Of a stretch of DNA of 64,000 bases, positions 37,281-50,257 are shown piece by piece. The stretch covers positions 1,385,197 through 1,449,196 of the forward strand of contig NC_090600.1 in the NCBI RefSeq assembly GCF_000497125.1, given 5' to 3'. The notes beneath the pieces were generated by a model. That model did no database searches and was not told the DNA's origin. It saw only the letters and a program-made list of their open reading frames with translations. Source of the DNA: Spironucleus salmonicida. Lineage: Eukaryota. The translations under genes were made by a program, and so were the position numbers. Within the stretch, counting starts at the first letter, position 1. Every line of letters begins with the position of its first letter.

Positions 37281-38403
37281 TAAATACGATATTCTAATTG
37301 ATTTTTGAGTTCTGCTTTTGCATATTATACAACTTGATCTGAGGCAAAAGACTAAAAACTATGTCATTCCGCTAGAAATCAGCCCGAAAATCGACTAATT
37401 TTTGATAATTCCTTACTTTACACACCTACCAAATATTCTGAATCTCGTTCCTTTAAACGCTCAGAAGCTCCAAGTTTGGAATCTCCATTTAATCCAAATC
37501 GACAATTTAGCATTCATCCAGATAAAGCTGTTTGAGATGTCCAGAAGCTAGCTGAAGACTTGATAATGGGTTTACAGACAAGTTGAGCGCAGTTATATGT
37601 TAAAGTCCTTAAAGCGAGAAATGCGTCAACTCGTTTGACTGCAAATCGGCAAAGACGAGCGACCCAGGAAGCTCTAAGCGCTGAACTGCAGAATGGGTGA
37701 TGCTGACCCAGCGCAACGCAGGGCAGTTCGCCAAAACCACCAAATTCGAGACGTCGAAAAGGGCGAGCTTCTGCAAATATGGTAGTACTATTTCCCGCGG
37801 CAGTGAAACTGACGAAAGGTCCAGAAAAACCACATTTTAAAGCAAAAACGGGCAAAAATCGATATTTTAGGCAACTACAGAAATTAAGGAGTTGTGATTT
37901 AGTGCATATTATATAATATTGGAATTGATATTTAACGATTATGCGTTAATGAGTAATTTATTGAGTTTCTAAACCGATTTACACGATTTAAGCGTCAGTT
38001 CCTGCAGCTCCTAAATAGTTTCATCGTTCAAAAGCGTGCAATTGGTCAAAACGAGCTTTTTGACCTGCTGAAAGTTCAGCAAAACATGCAGGTCGAATTT
38101 AACGTTTTCTAGCGAGCAAAATTGTGTATGAAATTACAAATTTTGCAGGTACTTGAAGACGTTTTTATTGCGGGAGTAGCAGTCAATGATGATGAGATTT
38201 AGCAGATTGATTTCTTTCGCCTTTTGGATGATTGTGGCTGGAATCTCCCAGAGTGAATTTTGGCCGAATTAGGTGAGAAACGGGTTGATGGCCACAAGGA
38301 CTGGAAGGCTCAGTTCTGTAGAGCGGCATTAAACTGAGGTCGCCTGCTGCTACAGGGCCTTGAAAAAGTCATCGATATGTTTTATTTTTAATATTTTCAT
38401 CAT
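37144..38403 (-). CDS. Leucine-rich repeat protein, 419 aa
   Basis: LVFADLQSNELTHF, ITALNLSVNPLSSL, LKQLYLDECQI, LELLSVQRNEI; includes track ORF 37609-37833. Confidence 0.82.
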
Positions 38404-38455
38404 TACATATCTAGAATAATATATATTATTAGATATAATATTTTAATTTTCAAAA

Positions 38456-41305
38456 ATGAACATTGAAAATTTGACATAATAAAAAACTCAAGGAAGATTT
38501 ATTGCACTTGAAGAGCTATAAAAGTAGCTTGTGAAGAATATTTATCCCGATGAGCCTTAAGAATTTATTAGTGTATTGCTTTCTAATTATAATGACTCAA
38601 ACTTTAGAATAGTTTAATTATCTATGGAGTGCATTTAACTACTGTATCCCTAAATTAAATCGTAAAAAGGTATTCATTAGAAAATTTTCGCTGATACTAT
38701 TATATAGTTTAAAAATATACGAGTTTAAGTAAAAGAAGCTGCTCTATAACTTTCAATTTAAGCTGCATCTTGTATAGATGAAGATACTATTTTAACATAT
38801 ATTAATGGAAATATTAGCGGGAAGAATCCTGGGCAAAAAGTATTTACATTACTTTTAATAAAGGAATTGTGTACTAACTCATACATACAAACAAAATAAA
38901 AGGCTATCGTAGTTGCAAATAAACTTCTAAGTGATGCTTCTCCAGATGTTAGATAAGAAGCTCAGAGTTTGATATCATAGTTAAGTGGTGTTTAAGAATC
39001 ATCTAAATAACTTGACTAAGCCGGATAATAGTCAAACAGTAAAAAATAAAAAATAGGCAATAAGCCACATGTTAAACATAATCCACAAAACTCGCTATTT
39101 ATTCCTCCAGAAAATAGTGATATCTAAGCATAATCGTAAACATTCAGCTTATTGCCACCTGAACCATACAGTTATTATTCATATAAACCATTATATTGTT
39201 ATGAACTTCCAAGTTCGATTAAAATTATTATTGATCCTATAATACCATTTAAAGAATTATCAGTGAAAAAACCAGAATAATTAAGACCTTACGTTGAAAA
39301 AGCATTTTCTTTTATATCAACTGAAAAAGATTGGATTTAATAAATGGTTGGTATATAGTTTATTATAGGTTTAATTATATATCACTAGAGTACAGCAAAT
39401 ATCTAATTCTAAACATAGTTAGGATAACTATTATAAGAACACTGTTTATAATATTTACAAAATGTTGTATAATGCTTAACAAGTCAAAGATCAGTTTTAT
39501 AACGGGAAATGGCTATATTATTAGAAATATCTTTTTAAAGATATGGTAAAGTGTTAATTAAGCTATCTGAGGCTTTACTCGATGCATGTTTTTAACTTTT
39601 AGTTAAGAAAGGAGTATATACAGAAAATGCAGCAGACTCACTTATTAAAACTATAATCATTCATTCAACATCCAAGTCTTCTTTATTAAAAATGATCAGT
39701 CTAATTAAAACTACCAAAGTTACATTATTAAAAGCCCATATATTAGATTATCTATGCATGTTCTGTATTATATCAAATTTTGATTAGAAAATACAATTTT
39801 GGTAAAATTATTAAGATCTAGAAAGTATTATAAAATAAACATTAGCAGATGCAAATGCAAGAACAAGAGGTACTGCTAAAGCTTTTGCATAATTTTTATC
39901 TCGAGAAAATCCTTAAATGTATAAAAAATTATTAGCGTCTAATTAAATTTTATAAAAATCAACTAATATGTAAGCTGGATTTTTGAATTATGATTAATTT
40001 GTGGGTATAGAAGTATAAGATGATTAGTTTCCTGGATATTTTTTGTAAGGAGGGGCATGTAACTCTGAAATTATACCCTTAAATTTTGATATCTAACGAT
40101 GGAGGTTAATGCTTATTAGCGGTGAAGGATTTTAAGTTTAATATGGTGATTTAGTTAATAATTAAAATCTAATGATGATTGTAAATCAGGACGAAATATA
40201 AAGCATTTTATCAATACAAATATATGACGAAGAGACAGAGTTCAAACCTTAGATTTTAGTAAAGTAATAACCACCACCAGTTATTAAAAAGTAAATAGAA
40301 TTTTAACCCAAATAAAAGGTTTAATTTTTAGATATTCCAGATGACTTTGAAAATGGGCTTGAATTTGCAGATCCTAATACATATTAAAAACCATAATAAT
40401 AAGTTTCATAATAGTAATAATAATAAATATAATAAATATCTAAAGTTTAATATAAAGATTTATCAGATGAATAAGATAGCGAGGAAGATTTAGATGATAT
40501 CGAATAAGCAGTATCGAAAGTAATATAAACTCCACTATATCAAGAAACAGTATAAGATTTTTAACCTATATAAACAGCAATCAATCTTAAAGAACTTCTA
40601 TTACAACAGTAGCAATAATAGAGGCAAAAACAACCAAATACACCAGATGAACTATTACAGAACTTAGTTGATTCACTTACTTAAGATGAAACTGATGTTT
40701 CTGAAGTAATTCCCTAGATTTCGTAATATATTACGACTAATACTTAAGTTTAATTAATAAAATCACTATTAATTTTGCTTCTAGATTTTGTTTAAGCACC
40801 AGAAATTTAATAATAAACAGTTAATTTACTGATAACTATCGCACAACGTTTGCCTTAATCTTTTACAGATCTATTAGATTTTTGTATACCTATTTTAAAT
40901 TCAATTTTTAGATCACCTAACTTAGAAACTAGAAGACTGGTGAACTAGCTGATACTTTTACTTTGTGCTTCATAACCACCTTCAATAATATTTGGTGTTT
41001 TCTCTTCTATTTTAAAAGTTGAATCTGATATTTTAGCAAACGCATCATTACGATTTTTGGCTATCGTCGCACGCTAGTTTAAATATAAAAAAGAGTTAAA
41101 ATAATATGTTGATTACATTTGTCCAGATGTTATAAAAAATTTTGATTCTGAAGCACCTGAGATCAGAAAAAGTTCAACAGCTTGCTTTATAGATTTTTAT
41201 TTTTTACTAGGAGAAGATTTTAGTAAATGGATATCAAGTCTACCTGCTGATAAATTAAAATTTATTGTACTAAGAATGAAATCAATAAGAGAGAAAGGAA
41301 AGTGA
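38456..41305 (+). CDS. CLASP: CLASP-family TOG/HEAT microtubule-associated protein, 949 aa
   Basis: DSNFRIVQLSMECI, LLSDASPDVRQEA, LADANARTRGTA; C-terminal PEIRKSSTACFIDFYFLLGEDFSKWISSLPADKLKFI matches the CLASP C-terminal TOG-like domain. Confidence 0.78.
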
Positions 41306-41317
41306 ACTTATTATCTA

Positions 41318-41872
41318 TCATTATGTGCCACTTCTTTAAAATTATTTTACAAAATCTTATATTTGTTGGATTTCTTTGATTGTTTACTCTTTTTAATCAT
41401 CTAAATAATTCTAATTAACTTAATCAGTTTATATTTAATATTCTTATAGCAATGCTTACGTGAGTATTTAAAACTCTTCTTTAGTAAAAAGTTCTTACTC
41501 TCCCAATATTTCCTATATCTATTCCTGAGTACAACTAAAACCAATGTATTATAAGATATAAAATATATCTTCTTGATCAATAAATCCCTCAAAATTTGAG
41601 TCAGATACATAAAACAAAATTGATTTTAGATCCTACAAGTTAGCATATATAATTATGTAGAAAAAATGGCAAAATTATTCAAAATTTACTGTTGATACGA
41701 CACCAATCAAATGAATAATCTCCAAATGTGATAATGACTATTCTCTTGTTTCTGGGAAATCTAATTTACGCATATGATTAATAATTAAATCTGGATACAC
41801 TTCTTGATATACGTTTCCTGTAGCAGAGCTCCAGATTGATTTGAGTAAATCTAAGTTTAATTTCTAATCCAT
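41318..41872 (-). CDS. Divergent EF-hand protein, 184 aa (same family as 19740-20174)
   Basis: VNFEQFCHFFYII.YANLQDLKSILFYVSDSNFEGFIDQEDIFYIL aligns with EFVHFLYIFENADPKNIPQILFLAADSDFSGNIDVEELFFII. Confidence 0.75.
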
Positions 41873-41963
41873 TTTATTCTTACTAAGTAGTACTACAAAT
41901 AGTCTATTGTATGTTGTATTATTTATTATAGTATAATATATCATTATATAATATGTGTATTTA

Positions 41964-42680
41964 ATGAACCTATATAAATTTATACAAAATTTCTTTAAAA
42001 AAATTATAAATTTAGACGTTTAACCATTTCAAGTTGAGTTATAAGAAGGATTTTTATTGCCTTTCCTAGTTTAGTAGATTTATCCTGGTGTTTTTATTCC
42101 TGAACATCCAAATAAATATTTGAAAACATTATACGCTATTTAATTGCTTAAAGAGAATAATTTTGAGTAATTACTACTTCCTTCTTAATCTTAACTTTAA
42201 AATAGTAACTGTTCCTTGTTTATATATCGACTTGTAGAATTATTTTTTAAATAAAAATTTCTAAAGTAAGTAAACTTTAGCACCATCTAAACACATCTAT
42301 AAGTACTTAAAAATTAGTGTTGTATCAATTTTATCAATATATTTTCAAAAGATTATATTTATTCATTGGAATCTCATACTATTTAGTTTTATTATAAATA
42401 AGGAATGGTTCAATCTGATTAGTGCATTACCAGAAAGTAGCTAAATTAGTTTTAAATTGAAAATAATTAAGTATTATTATTTAATAGTGATTGTTAGGAA
42501 GAAGTTACAGAGTTTTTAGATGACCAAAATTTGTGGCTAAATTCAAATCTTAACTATTCATTTTTGCTGCTTTTCGAGTTTTTATCTTTACTAGATTTAT
42601 TTAAAGTTTCTCAAGACATATAAATAAGCGTTTAAAATAGAAATAAAGAAATATAATATAAATACAAACCTATTATATGA
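41964..42680 (+). CDS. Hypothetical protein with calponin-homology-like N-terminus, 238 aa
   Basis: VQPFQVELQEGFLLPFLVQQIYPG resembles CH-domain DLxDGxxLxxLxxxxxP. Confidence 0.6.
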
Positions 42681-42683
42681 CAC

Positions 42684-43481
42684 TCATTTTTTATAGAAAA
42701 TACAATACCAATTATCATGGTCATAATATTCGTCTTACATTTCAGTTTGTCCATATATTTCTTCGTACAACTGTTATCCCATTTTTTAATCAATTTGTAA
42801 TCCAGCACTCTTTCCCATTTCACTAAGTTCGCCATTTAAAAAAAAATGATAAAAGCGACCTTATTTTTTAATCTCTTACCCTTTAATTTTATCATTTGCA
42901 ACATCAGTATCATCAGTAAAATGTAACTTATTTTGTAATTATTACGTCCAAGGAACTAGCATATCTGTACCTGAAACCCCTTATTCAACAGCCCATGCAC
43001 ATACCAATGCTCTGCCACCTACTGTAAGACATCTATTTATTTCCTTCAAAGCTTCTACACGCCTATCTGTACTAGCTAAATGATGTATAACTGCGATGCT
43101 AATAATAATATCAAACTTATTGCTTTAAAATGGTATCCGTAAAGTATCTCCAACAACTATTTCTGCTGGTTTATTTAAGGCTATTTTAGCTAAGTTATGA
43201 GAATAATCAAATGCAAAATTGAATTAGTTCTGATGCTAAAGGTACTTACCATTTCCACAACCAGCATCAAGTATAAATGAAAATGGATGTTATTTTATGA
43301 AATTAGAAACTAATGGCCAAGGACGATTTCTAGTATTAGAAAAGTGGGATGCTATAGATTCGTAAACTTTGTGCACATGTTCATTCTCTAAATCAATTGG
43401 ATTTTAAATTGATGTAGGAGTTGATTTCTTAATAGCTGGAGCAACTTTAGTTTTAAGTTTATTTGAATTTCTAATGTCCAT
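42684..43481 (-). CDS. TRM9: tRNA wobble-uridine methyltransferase Trm9/ALKBH8-MT-like, 265 aa
   Basis: [77 protein letters not shown]. Confidence 0.9.
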
Positions 43482-43529
43482 TTTATTACCTTAAAGGAGT
43501 GAAAATATATCATATATAAAAATCATCAT

Positions 43530-46301
43530 TCATTAATTTATTTTCCAAAGTAAAACGAATCCAACCAATTCATCAAAGGTCATTTATTTCTATCTATCAG
43601 AGTATCCTATTAAGGGATCAATTGTTTCTAATGCATCAGTCCAATACTAAGCTGGAATTTTCATATTTTTGTAGCATTGTACTTTTTTTTCCACAACCTC
43701 TTAATCCAGCGCATTATCAAGTTCAAAAACGCTACCGATCAGTAAATCAATACAGACTTACTAAATCTTATGATATTCCGAACTATAAAATTCATATTTC
43801 TTCTAATCAATCACCAATTATATGACTTGAACTAATGAATTTTATTTTTGGACTTTCAGAGATTCATAAAATACGGTTTTCTTAATTTAACCAAAAACCA
43901 AACCGAATTTCGTGTTAAAAAACTAGTTATTAAAAAAAACATCAAATTATGACATTTCTTTACGATTATTTTAGCTAAATATCTTTAGCGCTAAATTAAA
44001 TATACTCACAATTTAATTTACAGAGAATAAATTAGATTAAACTTTATTATCTTTTTTAATGAATTATGAGCCTTATAACTTTTAGTTTTCAAATATATTA
44101 GCCTTAAAATCTTCGTTCTAAGCCTAGTTTTTCTTAAAAATAAGTAAGTTAGACAATTTTTTAAGCTTTGACATAAATTTATTGAAGATCTTCTGGATTC
44201 TTACTATTTAATTACGAGTTTCTATGTTTTTAGAATTTATATGATGTAATGAAAGTTATAATGCAGCATTAATTTAATAAATTTCTAATATTTATTGGTT
44301 TGCGTATAACAAAGCATGAAAATTAGTTACAGACTAAATGGAGGCCTTTTGATGAGTAAATGATTCTTTTTATAGAGTATTTATCTTTATTTGAGCGTAA
44401 ATAAGCTTAGAATTATGATTAAAATCAGATTCTTCAGGTTTTTCTGGAACAAAATCAACATCAATTTTGTTTGAAGAATCCAAAATTGAAGAAATAGATT
44501 AATATTTCAGCTTAATTTAGTCTAAATTATCATCAAAAATCTAATACCCAGTACCAATTTCTTAATTATGAATTAATTAATTAACTTCGTTATGGAACTA
44601 TTAAATTATTAAATTTAAACTGACTTAATTAACATTCTCAACTTGATTCAACTAGGTTTTAAACTCATAAAATTATTTTTATGCATTGTCATTTTATTAA
44701 GGTATAGCGTTGTCTTACTTTGTTAAATGTTTCGTTATATCAGGAATAAGAGATTTTATTTAAATCGCTGATAGTATATTGGTTTTTGAATAAGGAGTGG
44801 AAAAAACCTTTATAGGATCTTAATGAACATACTCTGATTAAATAAGCAGCGAATTTCTTTCTTATTGTATTTATTCACAAATATCTGAAACTGAGTTGTT
44901 TAAATCAATTTCTTTGTCATCTTCAAAATCAGAGATATGTGCCGATTATTTTAATCTCGATTACTATTATGATAAAAGTACATCTTTAAGTAAATTTTCC
45001 ATTTCTTGATCACCAGGGGAAAGAATATTAGAATTATTTACAGACAAAATCGAAGAAACTTATGATTAATTTATAATTTCTGATGCACTGAGAACATCCG
45101 TATTAGGCCGGATTGGTTGTTAATTTATTTATAGCAGATCTGCTAACTCAATAGTCAAAATAGAACTACTAACTTAATTAAGTAAATTATCACCTAAAAA
45201 CATATATTATAGATTTTTAAATTAACAAAGTGTTTTTTCTAAATCTTAAGATTAAAAATAGCAATTATAAATTGATAACATTTTAATTTACATTATACCA
45301 TTAAACTGTTTAATATTAGAAATATCACAATTTTCAATAATAATTTTATCCACATCAGAATCAATTTTATTCAATAAAAGCTAAACTTATCTAGAATTAA
45401 GGTTGATTAATTTTAATAACTTTCCATCGTTCTATAAATAATCTTCAATCTTAAGATCAGTTTCAGAATCTTCCAGAATTTATAAAATATCTTACATTTC
45501 TTCTTCTTAATCTATAAACTAATTATAATTCTCAAGTTTTTAAAACATTAATCCATAATATTAATCAAGATTTTCAGTATCTAACCCTATAATTATGTCA
45601 TTAACTTTCACAATATCAGGATTTTCTAAAATTAATTGTTCAATATCACAATTTTAAATACTGTTTATCTTAACTATTTTCAATTTTTAATATATTGCAA
45701 GTTTTGATATATCAAAGTTAGTTATTGTACATTATTATAAATCTAAATATTCTATTCCCAAAGGAAAACTAGCAATATCTAAATCAATTTCGCAATTTCT
45801 AGACATAAAAGCTTTGAATTATCTTGAAATATCTATCTAATTTAGAAATTAATCATTATTTAAATCACAGACGAAAGCTGCTTCTAATAGAGATGCATTA
45901 TCCGAAATTTATAATTCAAAAGAATCTTAATAATCCATAAATTCAACCTCCTAATTCATTGCACTGATCTGATCATTATATTATTCTAGAACCTCATCCT
46001 CATTAAGTACTAAATCATCTAAGACACGTAAGTCACCCACAGTAGCAAAATCCATTAATACATCATCTTCAGCTTCAGCATCTAAAAGTAAAATTTATAA
46101 TGAGCTGAAAATTGTGAGTGATTTTGCCAAATCAGAAAGCGATGAAAAATTATTATCTTTAAGATTTAATAATTGTACTTAAGCGCATTTTTGTAGTAAA
46201 GATTTATTAATACTAGGAAAACATGTCAAATTTTACTGCTGAAGTCTAAGCATATGTGGAGTAGCTTTCAATTAGTTGGATATAAAACTGTTAAAATCCA
46301 T
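43530..46301 (-). CDS. Large acidic protein with leucine-rich repeats, 923 aa
   Basis: VQLLNLKDNNFSSLSDL, IEYLDLQQCTI, LQYMFLGDNLL; code-6 ORF ending TAA TGA. Confidence 0.75.
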
Positions 46302-46405
46302 TTAATGATGATGAATGATAGATTATTTATATTATTAAATGTATTTTTTTATTAAAAATACTAAGTTCTATATATAAAAATAATTACTAATATTAAAGCA
46401 GATTA

Positions 46406-46861
46406 ATGATTAATACCCTTTAAAGCTAAACTTAGGATGTGTATCCATAGCATCTTCGCAATGGCTATAATATACTAACTGAACATAATAATATTCACTT
46501 GAAGACGAATACGGCATCTTCACTTTTTCTAAGTAATGAGTTTGAAGTAGAAACACACCATCATGCTTGCATATACAAGAATGCTAACCCTTTAACAACA
46601 CTAACTGAAGATATATGTATGAAAAAAGGAATCGATGGCACATTTATTCCTAAAAAGAAAAAACAAGTTCACTTATATACTCTACACTCAACAAAATAGT
46701 TAAATCAATAAATGTAGCAACGAACTTAACCTAATTCAAAATATAAATCTAATTCAATAGGAAACTATCTTTAGTTTCGTCGGACATAACACAACACTGT
46801 TGGTTATGTTGATGGTAAAGTTTACCTAGCTTCAAATACAATCGGTTTTATTGGGAAGTGA
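46406..46861 (+). CDS. Hypothetical protein, 151 aa
   Basis: Extends track ORF 46499-46699 in both directions; ends AAG TGA. Confidence 0.65.
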
Positions 46862-46871
46862 TATGTATACT

Positions 46872-47282
46872 TCATTCAAAACTCATTAGCCCATATTCTC
46901 TAAATATTTCTATAATATCTTCCATAAAAAGATCTCCATTCTCATAACAGTTCTAACAATATTCAACTAAGTTTTATTCTTAACATTGAAAAAGAATATC
47001 TATATTATTTTGTATCTAAACTATACTACTAAATAGTTGAATAGCATTCATTCTTCTGTCAATTACTGATGACTTTATCCCCCTTATCACACTTTTTGTT
47101 TTAATTTTAATTGATGAATCTAATTGCAGTATTGCGTTTAATATTTAAAAATCTATTGATCTTAATACCAAATTTGATTAAATTTTAGACGCAATACTTT
47201 TCAAGAATATATAGTCATCAGATTAGCTCTAAATTACTTCTATTATCACTTATTCTATATATCTAAATTTCCTTACAAGCAT
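46872..47282 (-). CDS. Hypothetical protein, 136 aa
   Basis: MLVRKFRYIEQVIIEVIQSQSDDYIFL...EDIIEIFREYGLMSFE; ends GAA TGA. Confidence 0.55.
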
Positions 47283-47340
47283 TATATTATTGTCCAGATT
47301 TTATAATAATGGATTAATAAATAAACATTGATTTAATAAA

Positions 47341-47673
47341 ATGTTAGTAATATTGATGATTACTTAGTATGATGTGATTATAGAAATGAAAAACTCTTAT
47401 AAAAATGTTAAATAGTTAACAATCTCAGGTGGAGCAAACAACCCTCTAAACTAAAATGACAAGTTCTACCCTACTCGTGTTAACTAAATTTATTCATCTA
47501 CAGTATATGAATCGAACTAGTCATAATATTAGCCAATGTATGTCAAATAGATAAATAAGTATGACCCCCATTCAAGTGATACATTTCCAAAAAATTTAAG
47601 AAATTTAAGATTTTAGGCTCGTTAAAATTATGCTATTCTCAGGCAATATTACTCTACAAATGATTATATTTGA
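47341..47673 (+). CDS. Small putative secreted protein, 110 aa
   Basis: Very short hydrophobic leader MLVILMITQ followed by a polar domain. Confidence 0.5.
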
Positions 47674-48052
47674 TCAATATTAAACATAAATGATAGAGAA
47701 TTAGTAATAAATTAATTTAATATTTACTATTGCTATTGCTATTATTTATTATTCAATAAAAAGAATGATTAAGATAACTAATAAAATGAATCTATAGTAT
47801 CTACTGTATCAATTTTATAATTGAAAGCTTTCAGAAACTAATTAATCGTTAATGAACATTTTGTTTACATATTAAATATTAATCAATTATTATATAAATC
47901 CATGTCAATAAATTTTAATGTAATTATCACACAAAGATATTATTTCATTTTTAAAATCTAAAGAAGGGGAATAATACGACTAACAGTTAAATAATATATA
48001 GCTAAAACGTTCTTCAGTATCATAAGGATATGAGATAGATATAACAAAATTG

Positions 48053-49129
48053 ATGAATTAATAAGAATAATAGGAAAATGATCAATAATCGTAACTTATA
48101 CAATCACTTTCATCATCTAGTTTTCATTAGACTACGGTTAAGTTTAATGATCTATTTGATGAAGCATCTAAAAGTTTAACTTCTGTTTTACATTCATAAG
48201 TTGAACCAATTTAGGACTAATAAGAAGATACAGATCAAATGAAGTAATCAATTAGAGATTATTAAATCGATAAGTTAACAGATAAAATTATTCAGATTCA
48301 AGCATAATATGATAATATTAATACAAGCAGTAATTAAACTATTAAATCTTTATAACAATCATTAGAAGATAGTGAACTAGAAATTTCTAAGCTTTAACAT
48401 GAACTAAATTAGTATAAAAAGGTTAAATAAAATTTAGAATAAAAATTATGTCTAATTCGTGCTGAATCAGACCTAAAAGTTCGTGAAGCCACATGTTAAC
48501 TTCAAAAACTTGAGGGTTAAAAAGAATCCAAAGTAATATCTACAAAAATTAGAGATCTATAGTAGATTAATAATGACCTCGCAATGAAACTTTCTACTTA
48601 TTAGAATTCTTTCCTTAGTTTGTAGAAAGAATCTACGAATAAAATACAAGAGTTAAGAGTTGAACTGCTTGAAACTAAATAAGAATTCTTATAGTAAATT
48701 AAAAATAAAGAAATGGACCTTCGTGTAAATATAATTCAGCTATAAAATACTCTTACTTTTTTCTAAGAAAAGTCTAGCTCAATTGAGCTGACAGATAATG
48801 CATAGTAATCAGTTATAAATTCATTAAAGTAGGAAAATCAATCGTTTCAGTTTAAAAATGAACACTTACAACAATAAAACAAATCGGTTACTATCAAAAA
48901 CTAATAATTATAAGTATAATTAAATTAAATTGGTAACGAAACACATAACTCATAAAACTTAATTAGTCAGATGAAAACTGAGTTTGATGGTCTGTTAAAG
49001 TAAACACAATTTTTAGAAGCATAGAATAAAAGAGCTATAATGCTTATCAGTTAAAAATTTAAAATTTAACCCTCCAAATCTATTATAGAAATGATATAAA
49101 AGACGATTTAATAATAATACATGAAATGA
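48053..49129 (+). CDS. Coiled-coil protein, 358 aa
   Basis: MNQQEQQENDQQSQLIQSL...; continuous heptads, ends AAA TGA. Confidence 0.78.
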
Positions 49130-49131
49130 TT

Positions 49132-49935
49132 TCATTCAATGTCAGTTTAATTAATTATATTTTCCCAAACATAACGTTAAAATAACTTCTAAACGGTTTT
49201 TTCTTATTAGCTTAACTCCCATGTTTCTAAGCTAGTCATATTTTCTATTGATTTAGTAGATTTAATAACCACAAAAAAGGCTTAAGATAAATATTATTCA
49301 TAAAATGGTATATTGTCTGGTAATGTTATAATTTACTATATCTCGGTTCTTTGTAACTAATATTATCTTGTTACTGCTTATTATATCGTCTCCCCAGGCA
49401 TAACCAAGCTTCTTTGCATAGAACTTATGTTATTATCACAAATAAGGATGCTAAGGACATCTGTTGGAAGTTGTAGTTAAATTTCTTTTTCACAGTCATC
49501 ACAAAATAAAGAAGTTTTTAGAGTTTTAAAAGGTTTGGTTTTCTGACCACACTAACTGCAAAATTTGTATTCTTTAATAAACTTTTACGTTGCAAAAGCA
49601 GCATAAACACATTATGATACGCGATCAATATCAGCATAAGCTAAAGAACTGAAGAACTCAAATCCTTTATGTTCTAATGTAATTACAAGAGAAAATATAG
49701 CAGCATCCCCTAAAAACCCATGTAATGCGGCATTATTATAAGAAATGGTAGGAAAATGTTCTTAAAGTGCACGCTTAGAATGAATATAGCAAGAATCTAA
49801 TACAAGAACAAATAGAGAAGATTTATTAAGAATAATAAATTTAGACAATGCCGAGGTTAAAAGTTTTTCTCTTTATTCTTCAGTAATTTAAAGTGATATA
49901 CGATCAAAACCAGGATGTGTATAGTTTAATTCCAT
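49132..49935 (-). CDS. NudC/NUDT12-like protein with zinc ribbon and degenerate Nudix box, 267 aa
   Basis: N-terminal GFDR, YKFCSQCGQKT...FCDDCEKE zinc ribbon, SLVMPGETIQQAVTRQYQLQ Nudix-like box. Confidence 0.78.
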
Positions 49936-50257
49936 GATAAATTGGAATGTATATTAGTTATACATCGTATTATTATCTATAAATATTTATTTTAAAAATA
50001 ATATGCTAACTACTTAATTAATTGACTATCGGGGTTTCTGTATCGATATTAAAGAAAATTGTAATAATATGGTATAAACGTATATGATTAGTTATAAATA
50101 TATAATATAAATCACTATGGTTTATTACATTAATATTAATAATTATTTAGGTAAAATTGAATTCTACAGACATTTAGAAGCAATATAGTTTCTTTATAGT
50201 TACTGTTAATAATTATAATATTCAAATCTATAATCAGCATATGTAAAGCAAAAATCA

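Noticed and set aside
47671-48033. Possible TGA readthrough or selenocysteine, because the frame stays open about 120 codons after the stop of 47341-47673
   Set aside because: Downstream peptide looks like translated AT-rich spacer, with no redox motif around the TGA and no SECIS-like hairpin seen
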